Part shown: one piece after another, positions 10,301 to 19,020 of the stretch
How the letters are laid out: each line of letters starts with the position of its first letter
Position numbering within the stretch: the first letter of the stretch is position 1
Source: an uncultured Clostridia bacterium
Lineage (GTDB): Bacteria; Bacillota; Clostridia; TANB77; CAG-508
DNA length: 63,659 nucleotides
Reading direction: 5' to 3'
Assembly: GCA_944393125.1 (NCBI GenBank)
Contig: CALXZB010000004.1
Location: 1-63,659, forward strand
The notes under the pieces: generated by a model
The model's input: the letters and a program-made list of their open reading frames with translations, nothing else
What the model was told of the DNA's origin: nothing
Databases searched by the model: none
Position numbers and translations under genes: made by a program

Positions 10301-10353
10301 ATTCTATAATATATGTTCATTTTTTTCAATACTATTTACGAAAGTTTTTTCGT
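10301..10353 (-). promoter_or_regulatory. Putative sigma-A promoter of the yhaO-like operon with an adjacent Cheo/LexA-box-like palindrome
   Basis: On the minus strand: TTGAAA (10324-10329), 17-nt spacer, TAGAAT (10301-10306). Just upstream is the palindrome ACGAAA-GTTT-TTTCGT (10338-10353). Confidence 0.45.
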
Positions 10354-10361
10354 TTTTTTCT

Positions 10362-10391
10362 GTAAAAATAAAAAGACACAGTTTGTGTCTG
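10362..10391 (-). terminator. Rho-independent terminator after the T4SS coupling protein gene
   Basis: On the minus strand, hairpin AGACACA-AAC-TGTGTCT followed by TTTTTATTTTT, 8 nt after stop 10399. Confidence 0.75.
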
Positions 10392-10398
10392 TATCCTT

Positions 10399-12456
10399 TT
10401 ATTCATCTATTGGTCCAAATAATTCATCAAATTTGGCTTCAAGTTCTTTTTGTAAGTCATATGTATCTTCTTTAGCAGTTTCATTTTGTTTTATATTACT
10501 TGGATTTTCTTCTATTTCTTCTTTGTTTGTACTTGTATTTTTTTCATTATCATTAATATCTTCTTCAAACATGTCATCTATTGACTGAGAATTATTGGCG
10601 TTTATTTTTTCTCCTATTTTAATTGGTTCTTTATCTTCTTTTTTAGGTTCTTCTTCAAATAAATCATCTAAAGATTCTACTTTTAAATTTTGAGCTTCTT
10701 TTTCAGATTTATCTTCTGTCCATGGGTTGTATGGATTAAATTTTCTCCAAGTTCCTCTATCTTTAACTGCTGCATCATTATGACTTATTTCTGCTCTTTT
10801 TAGTGCAGTTGCCATATTTTTGTGTTTGAAGTAATAAAATTTATTTGCTTTTACAGGTTTTATTCCTTTTTCAAATATGATACATAAATCATTATCCATT
10901 CTTCTTAATTCATCAGGTGTCATTAATGCTCTTGCCATTACTTGGTCTGATATACTTTGTCCTGTTCTATAATATTTCCTATCTTTACTTATTGAAATAC
11001 TATCTCTTTCAATTGTCTTTTCTCCCAATGCTTTTGAGAAATATTCTACTGTTTTATATGAATTACTTCCTAAAAATACATGTGTATCACAGTTTCCTAT
11101 AATTGTTTCATATGATTTTTCATAAACAGCTTCTAATTGGTCTAAATTTTGTAATATTACACTAAATGATATTTTTCTACTTCTTGAAGTTGATATTTTT
11201 TTATCAAAGTCAGGAACTTTTCCTATATTAGCAAACTCATCTAATATAAAATATGTTGGAACTTTTAATGCTCCTCCATTTTCATCAGCATAATTATATA
11301 ATTGTTGTATCATTTGTGAGAAAAATATTGTTAATAAAAAGTCATATGCTGTATGTGTGTCTGAAGATATAACATATACTGCCGTTTTTTTGTTTCCAAT
11401 GTCCTCAAAATTTATTGTGTCTGTTGATGTTAATTCTGCAATTTCTTTTGAGTCAAATTTTCCTAGTTTTGATTGCAATGTACTTAATATTGAGCTATAT
11501 GTTTTTTCTGGTGCTATTTCTATTGATTTATAATTCATTCTTGCTGGATGGTCATATGGCAATTTACTTATTAATTCTGTGAGCAAATTGCTTCCACCAT
11601 TTGAATTTGCAGCTCTTACTAGTTCAGCACAACTTGCTAAGTTCTGTTCTTCTTCAGGTCTTGTTGCCATTAAATAATATATCAATGCCTTTAATAGCAT
11701 TTCTGCAGAATCATCCCAAAATGGGTCTGATCCTCCTCCATCTGTTTTTTGTCCTTTTACTATTGTATTAGCAATTACATCTACATCTATTTCTGATGAA
11801 ATATGCATTAATGGGTTATATCCATCACTATTTTGTGGTTTTACTAAGTTTAGAACTTTTATTTCATAACCATGTTCTTTTAAATACCCTGCTGTTCTGT
11901 CATATAGTTCTCCTTTAGGGTCAGTAAATACATATGAGCCTAACATTTGATATGCATTAGGAATTGAATATGATGCTGATTTACCAGAACCAGAACCTCC
12001 GACTACTAATACATTGACATTTCCTCTTTTATCTACTGGTAAATAATTGTCTTCTGCTAATATTATTCCTTTTTTATTACTTAATATTTGATATTGCTCT
12101 CCATTTTTACTCCAATCACTAGAGCCATGTTCAAAATCTGTATATTCGTTTTTTGGTGCTGATCTTGCAACTCCTACTATAAAAAATATTGCATATATAA
12201 TTGTGAATAAGCCAATATTTTTAAAATATGCTCCAAATAAATTTAAAGATACAACTTCCCCTAATCCTCCAAAAGGATTTTTTATTGTTTCAACAAATTT
12301 TGCAATTCCAGCTCCTAAATCTTTTTCTACTGATGTTGTATTAGCTCCTAATGTTATAGGCACAATTAATACTATGGCTATAAATAACCATAGTATTGCA
12401 AAAATTATAAAATACTTTTTATTTCTTCTTAATGCTCCTTCTACTTTATAATTCAT
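10399..12456 (-). CDS. Type IV secretion coupling protein, VirD4/TraG family
   Basis: 685 aa. N-terminal TM helices, Walker A VVGGSGSGKSAS, FTDPKGELY motif, Walker B YFILDEFANIG, and a long acidic C-terminal tail. Confidence 0.9.
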   Translation of the reverse strand: MNYKVEGALRRNKKYFIIFAILWLFIAIVLIVPITLGANTTSVEKDLGAGIAKFVETIKNPFGGLGEVVSLNLFGAYFKNIGLFTIIYAIFFIVGVARSAPKNEYTDFEHGSSDWSKNGEQYQILSNKKGIILAEDNYLPVDKRGNVNVLVVGGSGSGKSASYSIPNAYQMLGSYVFTDPKGELYDRTAGYLKEHGYEIKVLNLVKPQNSDGYNPLMHISSEIDVDVIANTIVKGQKTDGGGSDPFWDDSAEMLLKALIYYLMATRPEEEQNLASCAELVRAANSNGGSNLLTELISKLPYDHPARMNYKSIEIAPEKTYSSILSTLQSKLGKFDSKEIAELTSTDTINFEDIGNKKTAVYVISSDTHTAYDFLLTIFFSQMIQQLYNYADENGGALKVPTYFILDEFANIGKVPDFDKKISTSRSRKISFSVILQNLDQLEAVYEKSYETIIGNCDTHVFLGSNSYKTVEYFSKALGEKTIERDSISISKDRKYYRTGQSISDQVMARALMTPDELRRMDNDLCIIFEKGIKPVKANKFYYFKHKNMATALKRAEISHNDAAVKDRGTWRKFNPYNPWTEDKSEKEAQNLKVESLDDLFEEEPKKEDKEPIKIGEKINANNSQSIDDMFEEDINDNEKNTSTNKEEIEENPSNIKQNETAKEDTYDLQKELEAKFDELFGPIDE

Positions 12457-12483
12457 ATATTAAACACCTTCTCTTTTGTTTGA

Positions 12484-12777
12484 TTAATGTGATATTCCTG
12501 TATCTTCTCTATTCATTTTAATTTTATTTACTTTTTGTCTTCGTATTTCTGCTACTTCTCTTCTTACTGCTTTTCTTTTTGCTAAAATTTCAAGAGTATT
12601 TTTTTCATATTTTCCAAATGTTATTCCTTTACTAAAATCAAGTGTAGTAGCTTCATATTTAGCTCCACAAACAAGTTCCTTTTTTTTATCATTAGGACTT
12701 GGATTTGTTGCTACTATGTATAAACTTCCTTCTCCTGCTCCTTTAGACTTTTTTGGATCTACTGTGTGACTTCCCAT
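12484..12777 (-). CDS. Hypothetical 97-aa protein with basic C-terminal helix, in the coupling-protein operon
   Basis: ORF with an AAGGAGG SD, 27 nt upstream of the T4CP start. C-terminal AKRKAVRREVAEIRRQKVNKIK. No family recognised. Confidence 0.6.
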   Translation of the reverse strand: MGSHTVDPKKSKGAGEGSLYIVATNPSPNDKKKELVCGAKYEATTLDFSKGITFGKYEKNTLEILAKRKAVRREVAEIRRQKVNKIKMNREDTGISH

Positions 12778-12792
12778 AGTAAATTTGCCTCC

Positions 12793-13320
12793 TTAAACAT
12801 TACCTTTATTTTCTCTTATTTCAAAAGCGAAATAAGGCTTATTAGGTTTTAATTTGCATCTTCCCTTTACTTTATTTTCTTTTTCATCAAAATAAAGTCT
12901 AGGTTTTAATTCTTCTGTAGTTTCAGGATCTATTACACAAATATCCCTTTTCATATTTGGGGTATAATTAAATTCTTTAAATTCCTGTTCTTCTTCTGAA
13001 TATAAAGTATTAAATTTGAAGGAACCTGGATTTTTTGAAATTCTTACCTCATCATCTATCAGTAATCCTGAATTTATCACTACTCTTTCTTTAGCAAATG
13101 ATAAAATCACTATTTGATCACCTTCACTATGTGGCTCGTCAACAAAAAAGGTTTTTCTTCTTGATTCACCTCTTATTTCTTCAATGAAGTCCAATCTTTC
13201 AAGAGTATATTTAGGATACTCATTTAAATATTCCTCTTTTGTCTTATTTATTTGATATATTACTGTGTTTACTCCTTTAGGATCTGTTATGCTAAAATGT
13301 TTTCCTTGTAGCATATCCAT
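12793..13320 (-). CDS. Hypothetical 175-aa protein, first gene of the coupling-protein operon
   Basis: ORF 12793..13335. A GAGGTG SD favours Met6 (MDMLQGKHF), so the start is set at 13320. No family recognised. Confidence 0.6.
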   Translation of the reverse strand: MDMLQGKHFSITDPKGVNTVIYQINKTKEEYLNEYPKYTLERLDFIEEIRGESRRKTFFVDEPHSEGDQIVILSFAKERVVINSGLLIDDEVRISKNPGSFKFNTLYSEEEQEFKEFNYTPNMKRDICVIDPETTEELKPRLYFDEKENKVKGRCKLKPNKPYFAFEIRENKGNV

Positions 13321-13386
13321 ATTTTTACACCTCATTTCTATGCTTTAATCCATAGACTATCTTATGTTTACGAACTCACAATATTT

Positions 13387-13415
13387 ATTTTACTATATTT
13401 ATGTAATTTTGTCAA
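13387..13415 (-). promoter_or_regulatory. Near-consensus sigma-A promoter for the 175aa-97aa-T4CP operon
   Basis: On the minus strand: TTGACA (13410-13415), 17-nt spacer, TAAAAT (13387-13392). It lies between the J-protein stop (13440) and the operon start. Confidence 0.6.
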
Positions 13416-13439
13416 TACTTTGGCTTATTTTTAAGTATT

Positions 13440-14321
13440 TTAGACTCTCCTTGGATTAAATTTTGATATTTGTTTTAATCTTTTAAATATTTCTGTTTCT
13501 TCTTTTGTTAATTTTTCGGGAACTACTATTTTTATTTGGGCAATTAATTTTCCTCGTTCTCCTTTTGAATTTTTATAACCTTTTTCTGGTATTTCTATTG
13601 TTTCACCTGATTGTATTCCACTTGGTATATAAATTTGTGTTTTAGTATCATCTATTGAATTTACTTTTGCCTTTGTTCCTAAAGCCGCTTCCCATGGTGA
13701 AATTGGTACTATTGTATATAAATCTTTTCCATTTAGTTTGAATTTTTTTCCATCTTCTATATTTATTTTAATATATAAATCTCCATTTTTTCCACCATTT
13801 TTTCCGTCTTTTCCTTGGCCTATTAAGCGAATTTTTTCACCATTTTGAATCCCTTCTGGAACTTTAATTGTTATGTTTTTTATTTTTCCTTCTAAATCTT
13901 TTAATCCTATTGTTTTTTCAGCTCCGTAAAATCCATCTTCTATTGTTATATTTATTTCTGTTTCTATATTTTCTCCCTTTACAGCAGGAATCTTACTCTG
14001 TGCTAATTCTTCTTTTATATCACTATTTCCAAAAAACATTCCAAAAAATTCTCCTGCAATTTCTCCAGACGTTTTTGTTTTCTTTCTTCTATATCCTATA
14101 TTATAGTTCCATGTTCTATCATACTTTTTTTTAGTAATAGGATTTGATAATATTCTATATGCTTCATTTACGTCTTTTATTTTTTCTTCTGCAACTTTAT
14201 TTCCTACATTTACATCTGGATGATACTTTTTTGCTTGTTTTCTATACGCATTTTTTATTTGTTCGGCTGTTACTTTACTGTTTTCTAGCTCTAGTATTTT
14301 GTAATAATCTTTAAATCTCAT
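13440..14321 (-). CDS. CbpA-like J-domain co-chaperone (DnaJ family lacking the zinc finger)
   Basis: J domain with HPD (KKYHPDVN) plus DnaJ C-terminal beta domains. No CxxCxGxG repeats. The ATG at 14321 is preceded by a GGGAGGA SD; the longer track ORF starts at a TTG inside the SD. Confidence 0.85.
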   Translation of the reverse strand: MRFKDYYKILELENSKVTAEQIKNAYRKQAKKYHPDVNVGNKVAEEKIKDVNEAYRILSNPITKKKYDRTWNYNIGYRRKKTKTSGEIAGEFFGMFFGNSDIKEELAQSKIPAVKGENIETEINITIEDGFYGAEKTIGLKDLEGKIKNITIKVPEGIQNGEKIRLIGQGKDGKNGGKNGDLYIKINIEDGKKFKLNGKDLYTIVPISPWEAALGTKAKVNSIDDTKTQIYIPSGIQSGETIEIPEKGYKNSKGERGKLIAQIKIVVPEKLTKEETEIFKRLKQISKFNPRRV

Positions 14322-14380
14322 TTGACGTCCTCCCAAGAATATTTTGGTACTTGAATTATATCAATTTTTGCTAAAAAAAT

Positions 14381-15748
14381 CTATAGTTTTTGACAAATTT
14401 CGAAAAATTTCATGGCATTAGATGCTTTTACTAAAACAACATCTCCTTCTCTTAGTTCTTGGTATAGTTTTTCCACAATTTGTTCATTGTTTTTGAAGAA
14501 ATAGGTCTTAATTTTAGTATTCTTAAATGCTTCTTCAAGAATATATTTTGAATTTTCTCCTGAGCAAATTAATATATCAATATTTCTTTTTGCGACTTCT
14601 TCTCCAACCTTTTTGTGTAATTCTATAGAATAATCTCCTAATTCAAACATATCTCCTAAAACTGCTATTTTTCTTTTTCCAGAATGATCTTGAAGAAATT
14701 CTAAACTTGCTTGCATTGATTCATAACTTGCATTATATGCGTCATTTATCAAAATTGCACCATTATCTAATTTTCTTATATCCATTCTTTTTTTAGTTAA
14801 TTCAAACTGTGCAATTCCTTTTTTTATTTCTTCATCTTCTATACCTAATATATGTCCAATTTCTGTTGCACAAAGTGAATTGTATACAAAATGTTTTCCT
14901 CCAACTGGAACTGTAATTTCTAATTTTCCTGATTTGGTAATAGCTTCAAATGTGCTTCCATTTTCATGTAATTTTAAGTTTACCCCATTTAAATCACTTT
15001 TATTTTCAATTCCATATGTATATATTTCGATATCTTCTTTATTTTCTTCTTTCCATTTATGTAATAAGTCATTATCATTATTTATTACAACTTTTGGATG
15101 TATCATTCCTTCTAATATTTCTAATTTTGCTTTTAATATATTTTTTCTTGATCCAAGATTTCCTATATGTGATGTTCCTATATTTGTAATAACAGCTAAT
15201 GTTGGTTGTGCAATTTGAGTTAACAGTCTTATTTCTCCAAAGTGATTCATTCCCATTTCAATAACTAGTGCTTCATGATCTTTTAATTTTAAAATTGTTA
15301 GTGGTAATCCTATATTATTGTTATTATTACCCTCTGTTTTTAATGTTTTGTATTTTCTTCCAACAACACTTGCAATAAGATCTTTTGTACTTGTTTTGCC
15401 TACACTTCCTGTAACTGCAATAACTGGAATATTATACTGTTCTCTTTTATATTTTGCAATTTTATATAATGCCTCTAATGTATTTTCAACCTCCAATATT
15501 ACTTTGTTTGAATATTTTTCCAATTCATTTTTAGGAATATCAGTATTTTCAATAATTACTGCATCTGCACCATTATCTATGGCTTGCTTCCAAAATTTAC
15601 TTCCATCAAAGTTTTCACCTTTGATTCCTATGTATATATCTCCTCTTTGAATTGTTCGTGTATCTTTTGAAAAACTTTCACATTCTAGCTCTTGATTTCC
15701 TGAGATTAATTTTCCATTTGTTATATTTAAAATATCCTTAATTTTCAT
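14381..15748 (-). CDS. murF: UDP-N-acetylmuramoyl-tripeptide--D-alanyl-D-alanine ligase
   Basis: 455 aa. Mur ligase P-loop VTGSVGKTSTK and typical MurF N- and C-terminal domains. Confidence 0.92.
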   Translation of the reverse strand: MKIKDILNITNGKLISGNQELECESFSKDTRTIQRGDIYIGIKGENFDGSKFWKQAIDNGADAVIIENTDIPKNELEKYSNKVILEVENTLEALYKIAKYKREQYNIPVIAVTGSVGKTSTKDLIASVVGRKYKTLKTEGNNNNNIGLPLTILKLKDHEALVIEMGMNHFGEIRLLTQIAQPTLAVITNIGTSHIGNLGSRKNILKAKLEILEGMIHPKVVINNDNDLLHKWKEENKEDIEIYTYGIENKSDLNGVNLKLHENGSTFEAITKSGKLEITVPVGGKHFVYNSLCATEIGHILGIEDEEIKKGIAQFELTKKRMDIRKLDNGAILINDAYNASYESMQASLEFLQDHSGKRKIAVLGDMFELGDYSIELHKKVGEEVAKRNIDILICSGENSKYILEEAFKNTKIKTYFFKNNEQIVEKLYQELREGDVVLVKASNAMKFFEICQKL

Positions 15749-15822
15749 ATTTACCCTCCATTGTAGTTTTTACTATTATATTCTATTTTATTTATATATG
15801 CAATATTGGATATAATTTAAAA

Positions 15823-15866
15823 AGTTAATATTAATTACTATTTTATAAAAGTAATTAATATTAACT
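15823..15866 (-). terminator. Perfect 17-bp inverted repeat downstream of the SASP gene (terminator)
   Basis: AGTTAATATTAATTACT - 10-nt loop - AGTAATTAATATTAACT, followed on the minus strand by a T-rich stretch. It lies 28 nt past stop 15894. Confidence 0.6.
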
Positions 15867-15893
15867 AATTATTTCAATATTTTTATCTAAAAA

Positions 15894-16073
15894 CTATTGG
15901 TTATCAACTGATCTATTAGCAATTTCTATTGCTTTAGAAACTATGCTACCACACGTTTTTGAAGATACATTTTTCCAACTACCACCATCGTTTTTTACTT
16001 GATCATAAACTCCCAATTCTTTTGCTATTTCTGTTCGTAAGTTTTCAGATATTAATTTGTTTCCTCTAGACAT
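15894..16073 (-). CDS. Small acid-soluble spore protein, alpha/beta type
   Basis: 59 aa from the ATG at 16073 (AAAGGAG SD). Sequence MSRGNKLISENLRTEIAKELGV ... GSIVSKAIEIA is typical of alpha/beta SASPs. Confidence 0.9.
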   Translation of the reverse strand: MSRGNKLISENLRTEIAKELGVYDQVKNDGGSWKNVSSKTCGSIVSKAIEIANRSVDNQ

Positions 16074-16185
16074 AGATGATACTCCTTTCAAATTTAATCT
16101 GTTTTACGGACTGTTTGAAAAAAATTATTTAACTTTTTTCAAATATATTATTTGCAAACAAATCACTTTTATGTAGTAAAATTTT

Positions 16186-16220
16186 ATAAGGTAAGGCTTT
16201 TTATACAAGCCTTACCTTAT
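16186..16220 (-). terminator. Terminator hairpin after ypeB
   Basis: Perfect 12-bp stem ATAAGGTAAGGC / GCCTTACCTTAT, 11 nt downstream of stop 16231. Confidence 0.6.
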
Positions 16221-16230
16221 TTTCCCAAAA

Positions 16231-17562
16231 TTATTCAACTAAAGTACCATTTTCTAAACTAGTTACTATTAAAATATCTTCTTCTTCTCCAGTTTCTGCA
16301 TTTATATATGCAATAAATGTTATGTCATCAATCTTTCCTTTAAATTCATAGCAAAATTTCTCTGTTTTCCACTCTGTTGGTATTATTGCCATTCCTTCAC
16401 CTGTAATTTCTATTTTATTTGTTAATTTTTCTTTCGCTTCTTCTATAGTAATTTTATTAGTTGGAATTGTTCGTTCATAATGATTATTTAAATAACCTGT
16501 TGTCTCTAGTCCTACAATTTCTCCATTGTCTAAAGCAATTTTTACTTTTATTAAATCAGCATATATTAGAACATCTCCTTGTTTATATGCATAATTTATT
16601 GTAATAAATCCATTTTGTTTAATATAATAAGTTTCTTGCATATTTTCAAAGCCTTTACTTGAAAGATATTCTTTTCCTTTTGATATTGCATCTTCTTCAC
16701 TTATTTTTTCTTCTTTAACTTCTCTATTAGAATTTAGAAATACAATGTGTCCTCCTTTTTTAGATATTGAAATTCCTATTTTTTGTTCATCATTTGACGT
16801 TATTTCAAATCTATATACAGGTATGTCACCATTTTCTACATAACCATTATTTTGTATGTTTTTAATGTTATCTTTTCCTATAAAATCTTCTGCTTTTGCT
16901 TTTGCAGTTTCTTCATCTATTTCATCTCCTGTTAGTCCTCTTTTTTCACTACTTGTTAAATGTTCAGAAAATGCTCCATCATAAATTAGACCTGTATATT
17001 CATGAAAGTTTTCTTCTACTACATCAAATGTACTAACTTCTGAGATTTCACTATCTTCTGTGTTCTTCATTAAGTCATTCCATGTTAATGTTCCATTATT
17101 TAATTCAACAGACATTTCATTTAATGTATTTGATAAATCATTACTATAATTATACATTTCTTTTATTTTTTCTATGTCATCATCTGTTAATCCTTCGCCC
17201 TCAATGTTTTTTCTTGATAATGAATAACTATATTCACTTACTTGATTTAGAAATTTTTCAGTATTTTCTAATTCTTGACTTTCAATTGGCAACATACCTA
17301 AATATGCTTGTGCAAGATTTGCTTCTCTCCATACATGTGTAAGTATCTCTGCACCATGTTCAGCAGATTTTGAAATCATTGATTTTGCTAGATATGTTTT
17401 TAAATTTTGTACATATTCTACAACTTCATAAAAAGCCATATTATATTCATTTTCTTTTGTTATTGCATATACTTCTTTTTGATTAAGCAAACTATATCCT
17501 AATATAGTAATTATTACTAAAGAAATAATAGTTATAACAACCCATAGTTTATTTTTTTTCAT
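16231..17562 (-). CDS. ypeB: Germination protein YpeB (PepSY domains)
   Basis: 443 aa with an N-terminal TM anchor. YpeB-like N-domain (AFYEVVEYVQNL...) and C-terminal PepSY-like repeats. Strong AAGGAGG SD. Confidence 0.85.
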   Translation of the reverse strand: MKKNKLWVVITIISLVIITILGYSLLNQKEVYAITKENEYNMAFYEVVEYVQNLKTYLAKSMISKSAEHGAEILTHVWREANLAQAYLGMLPIESQELENTEKFLNQVSEYSYSLSRKNIEGEGLTDDDIEKIKEMYNYSNDLSNTLNEMSVELNNGTLTWNDLMKNTEDSEISEVSTFDVVEENFHEYTGLIYDGAFSEHLTSSEKRGLTGDEIDEETAKAKAEDFIGKDNIKNIQNNGYVENGDIPVYRFEITSNDEQKIGISISKKGGHIVFLNSNREVKEEKISEEDAISKGKEYLSSKGFENMQETYYIKQNGFITINYAYKQGDVLIYADLIKVKIALDNGEIVGLETTGYLNNHYERTIPTNKITIEEAKEKLTNKIEITGEGMAIIPTEWKTEKFCYEFKGKIDDITFIAYINAETGEEEDILIVTSLENGTLVE

Positions 17563-17666
17563 GTTGACCTCCTTTTTTATTATTTTTGTTTTTTTTGCAA
17601 AAAATATACAAAAATTTTTTTCTTTATGATAAAATTAATAAAAATTTTATCTTAAGGAGACTATCT

Positions 17667-18791
17667 ATGAAAAAAGTAATAATATTTTATGCAGCATATG
17701 GTGGTGGTCACTTATCAGCCGCTCGTTCAATAAAAGAAAACATTGAATCCTCTTATCCAGATATTCAAGTTGAACTTATTGATTGTATGGAATATGCAAA
17801 CAAGATTGTTAATAAAGTTACAACAAAAGCTTATTCAGAAATGGCAAAAAAAGCACCTCATACTTGGGGAAGATTGTATTGGAAATCTCAAAAAGGTCCT
17901 CTTGCACATATAAGTACAGTCTCTAATAAAGCTTTGTCTATAAAATTAAATAAATTATTGAAAGAACATAAGCCTGATATTATAATATCTACTCATCCTT
18001 TCGCTACTCAAATGTGTGCTTATTTGAAAAAACTTGGAAAGTTAGATGCAAAAATTGCAACTGTTATGACAGATTATGCGCCTCATGATCAATGGTTAGT
18101 TTTTAATCAATATGTTGATTATTATTTTGTTTCACATAATGGAATGAAAAAAGAATTACATGAAAAAGGAATAGCAAATGAAAAAATCTTTGCTACAGGA
18201 ATTCCTTTGTCTAATAAATTTTTGTTAAGATATAATAAATCTCAAATCTTACAAAATTTTGGATTATCACCTGATAGAAAAACTGTACTTTTCTTTGGTG
18301 GTGGTGCATTTGGCCTTGGAAAATCACAAGTGTATAAAATATTTAAATCTTTTTTAGAACGCCATGAGAAGATTCAAATTGTAGCTATTTCTGGTAAAAA
18401 TTCAAAGATGAAAGAAAATTTTGAAAATTTAGTTGAAGAATTTCATAAAGAAGATAATGTAAAAATTTTGGAATATACTGATAAAGTCCCTGAACTTATG
18501 AGCATTTCTGATTTAGTTGTAACTAAACCTGGTGGTCTTACAACAACTGAGAGTCTTGCATCAGGTCTTCCTATTGTTGTTATAAATCCAATTCCTGGAC
18601 AAGAAGAAGAAAATGCAACATATCTTGAAGAAAATAAAGTTGCTATTTGGATAAAAAAAGATGATGATATTGAAAAAATTTTAAATGATTTATTTTCAAG
18701 TCCTGATAAAATGCAAGAAATGAAAATTCGTGCAAGGCTTCTAGCTAAAAAGAATTCAACTAAAGATATTTGTAAAATTTTATTTAATTAA
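17667..18791 (+). CDS. Diacylglycerol glycosyltransferase (MGDG synthase / UgtP family, GT28)
   Basis: The ATG at 17667 is preceded by AAGGAGA. MKKVIIFYAAYGGGHLSAA N-terminus and C-terminal KPGGLTTTESLA motif. The track ORF start at 17586 lacks an SD. Confidence 0.85.
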   Translation: MKKVIIFYAAYGGGHLSAARSIKENIESSYPDIQVELIDCMEYANKIVNKVTTKAYSEMAKKAPHTWGRLYWKSQKGPLAHISTVSNKALSIKLNKLLKEHKPDIIISTHPFATQMCAYLKKLGKLDAKIATVMTDYAPHDQWLVFNQYVDYYFVSHNGMKKELHEKGIANEKIFATGIPLSNKFLLRYNKSQILQNFGLSPDRKTVLFFGGGAFGLGKSQVYKIFKSFLERHEKIQIVAISGKNSKMKENFENLVEEFHKEDNVKILEYTDKVPELMSISDLVVTKPGGLTTTESLASGLPIVVINPIPGQEEENATYLEENKVAIWIKKDDDIEKILNDLFSSPDKMQEMKIRARLLAKKNSTKDICKILFN

Positions 18792-18834
18792 ACATTTTAA
18801 AAGCCACTTCATATAATATAATGAGGTGGCTTTT

Positions 18835-18996
18835 ATGGATTGTGATAATTGTTCTGGTTATAATTTAATTGGTCTTGCATCTACTTTAGCTATTTTTATA
18901 AGTAAAAATATTGATTCAAGTAATTTAGATGCTTTTGCAGCTCTTTTTAGTGCTATTGGTGATAATCTTGGCATTATTTCCGCTTCTCAAAAATAA
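18835..18996 (+). CDS. Candidate unannotated 53-aa small protein (MDCDNCSGYNLIGLASTLAIFISKNIDSSNLDAFAALFSAIGDNLGIISASQK)
   Basis: In-frame ATG..TAA, below the ORF-track length cutoff. A GAGGTGG SD lies 5 nt upstream and forms the descending arm of the upstream terminator hairpin. Confidence 0.45.
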   Translation: MDCDNCSGYNLIGLASTLAIFISKNIDSSNLDAFAALFSAIGDNLGIISASQK

Positions 18997-19020
18997 AAGA
19001 GACACTATCATTTTGCCTCT

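Noticed and set aside
15823-15866. The perfect 17-bp inverted repeat could be the termini of a miniature transposable element or a protein-binding palindrome.
   Set aside because: It is a single hairpin with a 10-nt loop placed exactly where the SASP gene terminator is expected. No second copy is seen in the window and there are no target-site duplications.
17586-17666. The longer N-terminus of the glycosyltransferase ORF (start at 17586).
   Set aside because: There is no SD, and the extra 27 residues are low-complexity. The ATG at 17667 has an AAGGAGA SD and begins with the conserved GT28 N-terminus.
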